Below, in pieces: positions 9,936 to 17,734 of a stretch of 64,000 nt of DNA. How positions within the stretch are numbered: the first letter of the stretch is position 1; each line of letters begins with the position of its first letter. This stretch comes from Bacilli bacterium (GTDB taxonomy: Bacteria > Bacillota_I > Bacilli_A > RFN20 > CAG-826): the NCBI GenBank assembly GCA_045597865.1, contig JAZLKX010000025.1:274573-338572 (forward strand). Direction: 5' to 3'. Made by a program: the position numbers and the translations under genes. The notes below the pieces were generated by a model. The model worked only from the letters and a program-made list of their open reading frames with translations, had not been told where the DNA came from and made no database searches.

Positions 9936-11807
9936 ATGAGCAAGAAAGATATTAACAAAGTTAATCACATTGATTTAGATTCTATTAAGGATCCAAAGTT
10001 TTTAGCTACCTTAAATTACGAGGAACTTGATGTTTTAGCTTCTGACATAAGAGATGAAATACTAAAAGTTACTAGTAACTTAGGCGGCCATCTTTCAAGC
10101 AACCTCGGTGTTGTAGAACTTACTATAGCCTTACATCGAGTCTTTGATTTATCAAAGGATAAATTAATATTCGATGTTGGACATCAATGCTATACACATA
10201 AAATTTTAACAGGTCGTAAGTTAAATAACTTAAGACAAGAAAATGGAGTCTCAGGATTCCAAAAAATGGAAGAATCGCCATACGATGTTTATGAAGCAGG
10301 GCACTCATCAACAAGTATAAGTGCCGCAAATGGCTTTGCCATTGCTCGTGATTTAAATAAAGAAAAATTTAACGTAATCGCATTTATTGGCGATGGCGCA
10401 ATAAATTCTGGCCTTGCTCTAGAAGGATTGAATAACATTGGCCACTCAGATCATAAAGTAATTATTGTCTTAAATGACAATGGTATGTCAATTTCTAAAC
10501 CTGTCGGGGGACTTTCTAAGTTCTTTGCAAACATCTCGACATCCAGAAGTTATAACCGTATGAAACACGGCTATCAAAAAGTTTTTAGTAGAACTAAATT
10601 TGGCAGATGGATTCTTCATATTTCATCAAAATTCAAAAACTGGATTAAACGTGTATTAACAAGCGGAAACATTTTTACTGCTTTAGGCTTTGCCTATATT
10701 GGTCCAGTTGATGGAAACAACATTAAAAAAATTGAAAAAGCATTACTTAGAGCTAAAAACACAAAGAAATCAGTTATTATTCATGCAAATACCTTAAAAG
10801 GTAAAGGCTACAAATATTCTGAAGAAGATGAAACAGGATACTGGCATGGTGTTTCTCCATTTGATTTAGAAAGTGGACAACCAAAAAATAAACATGAAGG
10901 CATGGTTTCTTGGTCACATGTCTATTCAGACATTACAGCTTTAGAACTCGAAGAACACAAAGATGCAGTTTTAATTTCACCAGCCACAATTAAAGGTGCT
11001 GGTCTTGATTGCTTAGACAAGAAATTTGCTAACAGAATTATCGATGTCGGCATAGCCGAAGAACACGCAGCCACGCTTGCTAGCGGCTTATCTTTAGGCG
11101 GACATCATCCAATTATATCTGTGTATTCGACATTCCTACAACGTGCCTATGACGAAGTTAGCCACGATCTCGCACGTATGAAGTGTGATGCAACTTTCTT
11201 GGTTGATAGAGCTGGTTTAGTTGGTGCAGATGGCGAAACACACCAAGGCATCTATGATGAGGCTTATTTATCAAGCATTCCTGGAACAGTAATTACTATG
11301 GCTTCAAATATCGATGAAGCTAAGCTTTTATACGATGAATCATTTAAAAACCACGGTCCATTCTTTATTAGACTTCCAAGAACATTAACTTGTAAACAAG
11401 ATAGTTTCAATAAAATTGAACATTCGTTTGGCAAGTGGATGAAAGTCATGGAAACTTCAAAGAATACTGTCGTAATTTCATGCGGCCCATTATTACGTGT
11501 ACTCGAACGTGCATTAATAGACAACAACGTCGAATGCACTCTTATAAACGCACTTTACATCAAACCAATCGACAAATCGATGTTTGACGAGATTCTTGAA
11601 GCTAAGAAAATCGTCATTTATGACCCTTATTCAACCCGTGGAGGCCTTGTAGACTCTACGATGGCATATTTACTTGAGAAAAAGTTTAAGGGGTCTATTT
11701 CAGCCTATTTCGTACCTGATGAGTTTGTAAAGCAGGGAACAATAGAACAACAACTCGCTAGATATAAGATCCGCGTCGAAGACGTTATCGAAGAACTTAA
11801 AAATTAA
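9936..11807 (+). CDS. dxs: 1-deoxy-D-xylulose-5-phosphate synthase (MEP pathway)
   Basis: 623 aa with GGHLSSNLGVVELTIALH and GDGAINSG (ThDP) motifs and a transketolase-like C-terminus. Confidence 0.95.
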   Translation: MSKKDINKVNHIDLDSIKDPKFLATLNYEELDVLASDIRDEILKVTSNLGGHLSSNLGVVELTIALHRVFDLSKDKLIFDVGHQCYTHKILTGRKLNNLRQENGVSGFQKMEESPYDVYEAGHSSTSISAANGFAIARDLNKEKFNVIAFIGDGAINSGLALEGLNNIGHSDHKVIIVLNDNGMSISKPVGGLSKFFANISTSRSYNRMKHGYQKVFSRTKFGRWILHISSKFKNWIKRVLTSGNIFTALGFAYIGPVDGNNIKKIEKALLRAKNTKKSVIIHANTLKGKGYKYSEEDETGYWHGVSPFDLESGQPKNKHEGMVSWSHVYSDITALELEEHKDAVLISPATIKGAGLDCLDKKFANRIIDVGIAEEHAATLASGLSLGGHHPIISVYSTFLQRAYDEVSHDLARMKCDATFLVDRAGLVGADGETHQGIYDEAYLSSIPGTVITMASNIDEAKLLYDESFKNHGPFFIRLPRTLTCKQDSFNKIEHSFGKWMKVMETSKNTVVISCGPLLRVLERALIDNNVECTLINALYIKPIDKSMFDEILEAKKIVIYDPYSTRGGLVDSTMAYLLEKKFKGSISAYFVPDEFVKQGTIEQQLARYKIRVEDVIEELKN

Positions 11808-11812
11808 GGAAT

Positions 11813-11836
11813 GAGGCGATTGCCTCTTTTCTTTTT
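11813..11836 (+). terminator. Rho-independent terminator after dxs
   Basis: GAGGC-GATT-GCCTC hairpin followed by TTTTCTTTTT. Confidence 0.6.
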
Positions 11837-11894
11837 ACTAACTTTGGTTAACATAATATTGCTATTCCCACTCGATTTCTATAAAATAGAAGTG

Positions 11895-13094
11895 ATGAGC
11901 AAGATTATCCTTCACATAGATTTGAACGCCTTCTTCGTTAGATGCGAAGAGCTTTTAGATCAATCACTTGAAGGTAAGCCAGTTATCATTGGTCATAGTG
12001 GACGTGGTGGCATTGTTTCAACATGCAGCTATGCTGCGAGAAAATACGGAGTCAAATCTGGAATGCCAACTTATAAGGCATTGCAACTTTGTAAGAATGC
12101 CATCATGATCTACGGGCACTTTGATCTTTACCAAAAGAAGTCAAAAGAGTTTATTAACTTTGTTAAAAGGTATTCAAACATTATCGAACAAGCTTCAATT
12201 GATGAATGCTATGTCGACATGACAAAGGTTCTTCAAAATGAGAAGAATCCATTGAACTTTGTTAAAGAAATGCAAGCAAATCTCCTTAAGGAGTCTGGTT
12301 TAAAATGTTCAATCGGAATCGCACCAACTAAGTTTTTAGCAAAGATGGGTTCTGACATGAAAAAGCCAATGGGAATAACAGTCATTCGTCGTAAGGATGT
12401 TAGAAAAATGTTAGACCCTCTTCCAATTGAAGATTTCTTTGGAATCGGTAAGAAAACATCACCAAAACTTAGAGAAATGGGCATAAACACCATAGGTGAT
12501 TTAGCAAAACTAATTAATTCAGATGACCAAGACATCAAAAGATTCTTGGGTAAATTTTACTTTGGCATTAAAGAATGGATTAATGGCTATGGTTCAGATA
12601 CAGTTGATACTGAACCTTGGGATCCAAAGCAAATTGGACACTCAACAACTTTGCCAAGAGATGCGGAAGATGCTGACGAAATTAAGATTTATCTTAAACA
12701 AATGGCAGAAGAAGTTTCGAAGGATGCAAAAGCCGAAAATAAAGTTGGAAGTTCAGTTCAATTAATTCTAAAAGATAACGAGTTTAAAGTTATCAATAGG
12801 TCAAAACGTATTAAAGATAAAACCAATGAATTCAATGTAATTTATGAGGAAGGTCTTAAACTTTTAGCAGCCAATTATGATGGTAGACCAATTCGTTTAG
12901 TGGGAATAACTTTGCAAAATCTTGTAAATAAAGATGAAATTGTTGAACAGTTATCAATATTTGATAATTATGAAGAAGTTAAAGAAGCAAATGCTGTTAG
13001 ACTTTTAATTGCAGAACTAAATCGTCAAATCAAAGGTGCAGATTTTAAAACTGCTAGTGACTACTTAAGGGAGAAGAAAAATGGAACTCGTTGA
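11895..13094 (+). CDS. dinB: DNA polymerase IV (Y-family)
   Basis: Conserved N-terminus begins at the internal ATG 11895 (MSKIILHIDLNAFFVRCEE). SIDECYVDMT motif present. The track start at 11811 would run through the dxs terminator. Confidence 0.9.
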   Translation: MSKIILHIDLNAFFVRCEELLDQSLEGKPVIIGHSGRGGIVSTCSYAARKYGVKSGMPTYKALQLCKNAIMIYGHFDLYQKKSKEFINFVKRYSNIIEQASIDECYVDMTKVLQNEKNPLNFVKEMQANLLKESGLKCSIGIAPTKFLAKMGSDMKKPMGITVIRRKDVRKMLDPLPIEDFFGIGKKTSPKLREMGINTIGDLAKLINSDDQDIKRFLGKFYFGIKEWINGYGSDTVDTEPWDPKQIGHSTTLPRDAEDADEIKIYLKQMAEEVSKDAKAENKVGSSVQLILKDNEFKVINRSKRIKDKTNEFNVIYEEGLKLLAANYDGRPIRLVGITLQNLVNKDEIVEQLSIFDNYEEVKEANAVRLLIAELNRQIKGADFKTASDYLREKKNGTR

Positions 13095-13959
13095 TGCTGT
13101 TGATTTATATTTCCAATACCTCAGAGTAGAAAAAGGTGTTTCAAATGAAACAATCAAAAATTATTACTACGATTTGAAGTTCTTTTTCGAGACTTTAGAC
13201 AAACACACAACAGATGACTTTATGCCAACAGACATCCAAGACTTTGTAAGAATCCAGTCTAAAGAAATGCTTTCGGTTCCAACGATTCTCAGAAGAATTT
13301 CTTCAACCAAAAACTTTTATCTTTTCTTGGAAAAAGAACACATAATTGACACTCAACTAAAGAAATTTGATAAACCAAAAGGCGCTAAAAAACTTCCTGT
13401 TTGTATTTCGATTGAAGAAGTCGAAGCTTTGCTTGATGCTCCAAATATCGAAAAACCAGAGGGCTTAAGAGACCGCGCAATGCTTGAAGTTATGTACTCG
13501 TCTGGCCTTCGCGTTTCAGAACTCCTTGGTTTAAAAATAAATCAAATCAATTTTGAAAAAGGAATTATCAAAATTATTGGTAAAGGGTCAAAAGAAAGAC
13601 ACGTTCCAATCGGAGATTATGCCTTGGAATACTTAAATAAGTATATCGAAGGTCCTAGACGTAAAAATCCGGGAAGAAATACTGGATTCGCATTCCTAAA
13701 TCGATACGGAATGCCACTTAGTAGACAGTATTTCTTCTTGCAGATAAAAAAGTATGCTGAGCAAGCTGGCATTAAGGAGGAAATTTCTCCTCATACTTTG
13801 CGCCATTGCTTTGCAACACACATGCTTGAGAATGGCGCAGAACTACGTGCAGTGCAAGAAATGCTTGGCCACACAAACATTGCAACCACACAAATCTACA
13901 CGAACATCTCAAGCAAGCGCATTTTGAGCGCATATGATTTGTATAGCAAACGAAAATAG
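13081..13959 (+). CDS. xerD: Tyrosine site-specific recombinase, XerD/XerC family
   Basis: 292 aa with C-terminal HTLRHCFATHMLENGAELRAVQEMLGHTNIATTQIYT (R-H-R-Y catalytic pattern). The xerD-deoB neighbourhood resembles B. subtilis ripX-drm. Confidence 0.8.
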   Translation: MELVDAVDLYFQYLRVEKGVSNETIKNYYYDLKFFFETLDKHTTDDFMPTDIQDFVRIQSKEMLSVPTILRRISSTKNFYLFLEKEHIIDTQLKKFDKPKGAKKLPVCISIEEVEALLDAPNIEKPEGLRDRAMLEVMYSSGLRVSELLGLKINQINFEKGIIKIIGKGSKERHVPIGDYALEYLNKYIEGPRRKNPGRNTGFAFLNRYGMPLSRQYFFLQIKKYAEQAGIKEEISPHTLRHCFATHMLENGAELRAVQEMLGHTNIATTQIYTNISSKRILSAYDLYSKRK

Positions 13960-13991
13960 AGTAAAATACAACTCGGAATTGGAGATAAACC

Positions 13992-15188
13992 ATGAAAAAA
14001 TTTAAAAGAATATTCGTAATTGTTGCTGACTCAGTTGGTATTGGTGAAGAACCAGATGCAGCTAAGTTTGGTGATGTTGGAACAAATACATTTGTTCACA
14101 CAGCAGAAAAATGCGGTGGACTTAATGTTCCAGTCATGAACTCACTTGGCCTTGGAGATCTCGCTGACATCAAAGGAACAAGCAAAGTTAGCCACCCACA
14201 CGCTTATTGTGCAAGACTTCGCGAAGCCTCAAACGGTAAAGACACAATGACAGGTCACTGGGAAATGATGGGTATTTATACAACAAAACCATTTGTTACA
14301 TTTACAGACACTGGTTTCCCAGATGTTCTCATTAAAGAACTCGAAGAAAAAACTGGTCACAAAGTTATTGGAAACTATGCAGCAAGTGGAACTGAGATTC
14401 TTAAAGAATTAGGTGAAGAACAAATGAGAGATAATTCCCTCATTGTCTACACATCCGCAGACAGCGTACTTCAAATCGCTGCACACGAAGAAGTTACAGG
14501 TGTACAAGAATTATACAGATGCTGTGAAATCGCTCGTGAAATCTGTTTGAGACCAGAATATTACGTTGGTAGAGTTATCGCTCGTCCATACGTTGGAAAA
14601 GACAAAGACAGCTTCAAGAGAACTCCAAATAGACATGACTTAGCAGTCTCTCCAAGCGGAATTACAACTATGGACATTCTCAAAGAGAATGGTTATATGG
14701 TTTCATGCGTTGGTAAGATCGGAGACATTTTCAACCAAGTTGGTGTTGTAAAAACTCAAAAGACAGTTTCTAACATGGATGGAATGGATAAGACAATTGA
14801 AGAAGCTAAGAATCATGACTTTGAAGGTTTATGCTTTGTCAACTTAGTTGAATTCGATTCAGAATTCGGCCACAGACGTAACGCACTCGGCTATGGCAAA
14901 GCTCTTGAAGAATTCGACGTCCGTTTAGGTGAATTACTTGATGTTGTAAAAGATAATGACTTAGTCATCGTTACAGCAGACCACGGTAATGATCCAACCC
15001 ACACAGGCACAGACCACACAAGAGAAAAAGTACCATTCCTTGCTTATAGCAAATCATTCAAAAACGGTAAATACCTTGAAGAAAGAGAATGCTTTGCAGA
15101 CATTGGTGCAACAGTCTTAGAAAACTTTGGATTAAAAAAGAGTCCAAATCAAATTGGGAAACCAATTGATGAACTCTTAAACGATTAA
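13992..15188 (+). CDS. deoB: Phosphopentomutase
   Basis: 398 aa with [17 protein letters not shown] and TADHGNDPT metal-site motifs. Confidence 0.95.
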   Translation: MKKFKRIFVIVADSVGIGEEPDAAKFGDVGTNTFVHTAEKCGGLNVPVMNSLGLGDLADIKGTSKVSHPHAYCARLREASNGKDTMTGHWEMMGIYTTKPFVTFTDTGFPDVLIKELEEKTGHKVIGNYAASGTEILKELGEEQMRDNSLIVYTSADSVLQIAAHEEVTGVQELYRCCEIAREICLRPEYYVGRVIARPYVGKDKDSFKRTPNRHDLAVSPSGITTMDILKENGYMVSCVGKIGDIFNQVGVVKTQKTVSNMDGMDKTIEEAKNHDFEGLCFVNLVEFDSEFGHRRNALGYGKALEEFDVRLGELLDVVKDNDLVIVTADHGNDPTHTGTDHTREKVPFLAYSKSFKNGKYLEERECFADIGATVLENFGLKKSPNQIGKPIDELLND

Positions 15189-15775
15189 TCTATTAAATCA
15201 ATTTGATGAAGGGAACGTTTAATAACGTTCTCTTTTTCTAACTTAGTTAGAAGTCTTGATAATGTTTCTCTTTGAAGATGCAAAATACCTGCAAGTTCAG
15301 AGACTGATTTAAATTCAATTTTTCCATCGTGGTTAAATAAATAGAAGCGTAATCTTTCTTCAGCGGATGAATAAGATAAAAGTTTAATGGTGGAGTTAAG
15401 CTTTTTGCTGAAGTTTGATTGAGCATTCAAATAAGAAATCATAAACTCTTTATTACTTTGTAATAGTGAGATTAAATTATTACGCTTTATTACAACAATT
15501 GTTGAATCTTTTGTCGCAATAACATCGCCTTTATAGAACGGATCATCAGAGAAAATTAAGTTATTTCCAAAAACATCATTTTTGTGAAGAACATTATAAA
15601 TTAGTTCTTGGCCTTCAAATGAAGTGGTTGAGATTTTAACTTCTCCTGAAACAACAATAGAAACTGATTCACATTTTTCATCTTCTCTATAGAGAATTTC
15701 ATTTTTCTTAAGTGTTTTAACTTCTAGAAGTTTTTTCTCATCTCTAGATAAATTTAGTAAAATATTATTTTCCAT
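15185..15775 (-). CDS. Crp/Fnr-family transcriptional regulator
   Basis: 196 aa with an N-terminal cNMP-binding-like beta-roll and C-terminal [23 protein letters not shown]. Its stop overlaps the deoB stop (TTAA). Confidence 0.8.
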   Translation of the reverse strand: MENNILLNLSRDEKKLLEVKTLKKNEILYREDEKCESVSIVVSGEVKISTTSFEGQELIYNVLHKNDVFGNNLIFSDDPFYKGDVIATKDSTIVVIKRNNLISLLQSNKEFMISYLNAQSNFSKKLNSTIKLLSYSSAEERLRFYLFNHDGKIEFKSVSELAGILHLQRETLSRLLTKLEKENVIKRSLHQIDLID

Positions 15776-15783
15776 ACAAATCC

Positions 15784-15797
15784 GTGATTTAAATCAC
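15784..15797. promoter_or_regulatory. CRP-type palindrome GTGATTTAAATCAC (GTGA-N6-TCAC)
   Basis: Perfect 14-bp palindrome in the divergent gap between the crp-like gene and the ABC lipoprotein gene, 8 nt upstream of the crp-like ATG. Confidence 0.5.
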
Positions 15798-15850
15798 ATA
15801 CTTATTATCGAATATTTTATATTATATGTCCACCAGAATTGGTAAAGATT

Positions 15851-16774
15851 ATGAAAAAGACATGGTTATTATTACTTGCATCAATAACACTTACAGGATG
15901 TTCTTCAATTGAAGAAAGTTCAAATTTAAGAATTGTTTCTCCAACTGGAGCACCTGCAGTAGCTTTTTACAATTACTCAACAAGTGATAATTTTCAAACC
16001 AATTCCGATCCATCAAATATTATTCCAATGATGCTTAACGAAACTGTTGATGTTGCAGTTTTACCAACAAATGCAGGAATCCAAGCAATTGTTGGAAAGA
16101 ACGTAAATTATAAGATTGCTGCAACAATTACCTTTGGTAATATATTTATTGGAGCAACAGGAAATGATGAAGATGGCGTTATGGACGCAGATGATTACAT
16201 CGTTTCGTTCCAACAAGGCGCTGTTCCAGATAAAATCTTCCATTACGTTTACGGAAACACTTATGACAATGCTTTGCATTACGTTTCTAACGGCCAAGAA
16301 GCCGCGAAATGTTTGAAGACGGGTAAAAACCTTGCCGAAGATGGAAAAGCGGTGGATTACGTTGTTTTAGCTGAGCCAGCTCTAACTACAGTAATTTCAT
16401 CAACTCCAGGAAGAACTGTTTATGCAAATCTTCAAGAGCTTTACAAAGTAAAAAGTGGAAATTTGCAAATTTTCCAAGCCTCATTATTTGTAAACAATAA
16501 GTTAGAAAGAAATGTAGTTGATAAATTTTTAGAAGACCTTGAAAAAGATATAAATGCTGGAATAACAAATCCAGAAATCATTCAACAAGGATTAGCAGCA
16601 AACTCTGCAGCCGAAGCTTTATACGGAATTAAACCTGAGCAAGCAAAGGCTGTAACAGCAAATAATAATGGAATGGGTTTAGGTTTTGCTAAAGCAAAGG
16701 AAAATAAAGAAGCAATAGATTTATTCTTATCATTGTTCGGAATAGGAGCAACAAATGAAGAAATTTATTACTAA
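15851..16774 (+). CDS. ABC-transporter substrate-binding lipoprotein (NitT/TauT or NMT1-like type, substrate unknown)
   Basis: Signal peptide plus lipobox (LLLASITLTG-C) from ATG 15851. Overlaps a NitT/TauT-like permease gene by 20 nt. Confidence 0.6.
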   Translation: MKKTWLLLLASITLTGCSSIEESSNLRIVSPTGAPAVAFYNYSTSDNFQTNSDPSNIIPMMLNETVDVAVLPTNAGIQAIVGKNVNYKIAATITFGNIFIGATGNDEDGVMDADDYIVSFQQGAVPDKIFHYVYGNTYDNALHYVSNGQEAAKCLKTGKNLAEDGKAVDYVVLAEPALTTVISSTPGRTVYANLQELYKVKSGNLQIFQASLFVNNKLERNVVDKFLEDLEKDINAGITNPEIIQQGLAANSAAEALYGIKPEQAKAVTANNNGMGLGFAKAKENKEAIDLFLSLFGIGATNEEIYY

Positions 16775-17543
16775 CAAAGCAGTTTTATACATTCTTGGAT
16801 TCTTATTCCTTGTAGGACTTTGGTTCATTGTTTCAGCATGTATCGATAAGAACTCAATGATTTTTCCTGACCCAATTACAACATTTGGAAGGATGTTTCA
16901 ACTCCTTGGAGTAGGCGACACTTATCGTTATTTAGGGTTCTCAATCTTAAGACTTTTGATTGGTTTCGTTATTTCATTTGTTGTTGCATTCCTTTTAGGA
17001 ATGTTAGTTAACAATAATGAACATTTATATAATTTCTTTACGCCTTTAATGACATTCTTTAAGGCTGCGCCAACGGCAACATTTGTCTTTTTGTTTATCA
17101 TTCTTATAGGCGCAAAGAACGCTCCAATATTTGTTGTCTTTACTGTAACAATGCCAATCCTTTATGAATCGATTGTTGGAGCATTTAGAAACACTGATAA
17201 AGCTGTTTTAGCTGCAGCCCAAATTGATGGAGCAAACAAATTTAAAACAATGATTAAAGTTCAAATACCTTTAGGTATTCCTCTAATTTCTGTTGGTGTT
17301 GCATCAACATTTGCAATGGCATTTAAGATTGAAATCATGGCAGAAATTATTACAGGATTTACAAATGGTGGTCTTGGATCAATGATCCATAACTCACAAG
17401 TTGTAAACCCAACAGACCTTACAGACATGTTTGCATACAGCTTGATGGCCATTATTTTGGTTCTATTAATCACGATTTTAGCTTCATTTTTAAAGAAGAA
17501 AAACATGCCAAGAAAGCTTCACAGACGTGAGTATAGTGCATAA
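16755..17543 (+). CDS. ABC transporter permease (binding-protein-dependent, NitT/TauT-like)
   Basis: 262 aa with about 6 hydrophobic helices and an EAA-like loop (AAAQIDGANKFKTMIKVQIPL). Confidence 0.8.
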   Translation: MKKFITNKAVLYILGFLFLVGLWFIVSACIDKNSMIFPDPITTFGRMFQLLGVGDTYRYLGFSILRLLIGFVISFVVAFLLGMLVNNNEHLYNFFTPLMTFFKAAPTATFVFLFIILIGAKNAPIFVVFTVTMPILYESIVGAFRNTDKAVLAAAQIDGANKFKTMIKVQIPLGIPLISVGVASTFAMAFKIEIMAEIITGFTNGGLGSMIHNSQVVNPTDLTDMFAYSLMAIILVLLITILASFLKKKNMPRKLHRREYSA

Positions 17544-17544
17544 T

Positions 17545-17568
17545 ATTTAGTAGATATTTAGTAGTTTT
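17545..17568 (+). repeat. Phased direct-repeat motif, copy B (TTAGTAG-ATAT-TTAGTAG-TTTT)
   Basis: Half-sites at 17547-17553 and 17558-17564. Starts 3 nt after the permease stop. 23-nt identity with copy C. Confidence 0.7.
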
Positions 17569-17577
17569 GATTTGTGG

Positions 17578-17607
17578 GAAACTCACGATTTTGTGGGTTT
17601 TCTTTTT
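17578..17607 (+). terminator. Rho-independent terminator of the ABC operon
   Basis: GAAACTCAC / GATTTT / GTGGGTTTTC (bulge plus one G-U pair) followed by TTTTT. Confidence 0.5.
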
Positions 17608-17635
17608 ATTTAAATTGAGAAGTTTATAGATTTTG

Positions 17636-17665
17636 AGAAAATAAAAAGTCCGAATTAATCGAACT
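17636..17665 (-). terminator. Rho-independent terminator of the yqeG-yqeH-nadD operon
   Basis: The minus-strand RNA forms AGTTCGA-TTAAT-TCGGACT (one G-U pair) followed by UUUUUAUUUU. Confidence 0.5.
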
Positions 17666-17678
17666 TTTCTATATATTT

Positions 17679-17706
17679 GGTTAACATAATAGCCATTATG
17701 CGAAGT
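17679..17706 (-). other. dif: Candidate dif site (Xer recombination site), 11+6+11 bp
   Basis: Minus strand reads ACTTCGCATAA-TGGCTA-TTATGTTAACC. Matches E. coli dif GGTGCGCATAA-TGTATA-TTATGTTAAAT at 21/28 and B. subtilis dif ACTTCCTAGAA-TATATA-TTATGTAAACT at 20/28. Lies exactly in the convergent strand-switch gap. Confidence 0.6.
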
Positions 17707-17734
17707 TATCTATATTTTCGGCTTTCCACAAAAC

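Noticed and set aside
11811-11894. 28-codon N-terminal extension of dinB (MRRLPLFFLLTL...)
   Set aside because: It begins inside the dxs terminator hairpin and is hydrophobic junk. The conserved Pol IV N-terminus starts at ATG 11895.
8492-13959. Apparent codon-usage shift (more ATA, GCG, TCG, GGG codons and locally higher GC) in xseA-dxs-dinB-xerD, as a sign of horizontal transfer
   Set aside because: Judged by eye only. Gene order is the conserved Firmicute one and there are no mobility genes or repeats at the borders. Lower expression than the flanking tkt and deoB is a simpler explanation. It would need a computed codon-adaptation or k-mer analysis.
13081-13959. Tyrosine recombinase as a phage or ICE integrase marking a mobile element
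   Set aside because: Size, the XerC/D-type C-terminal motif, housekeeping neighbours and a dif-like site 3.7 kb away all favour a chromosomal Xer recombinase. No att-like direct repeats or cargo genes are present.
17545-17568. TTAGTAG motif as a tandem back-up stop-codon cassette
   Set aside because: The TAG-TAG pairs fall in different frames relative to the upstream stop in different copies (in frame after the permease gene, out of frame after plsY). One of the three frames never receives a stop.
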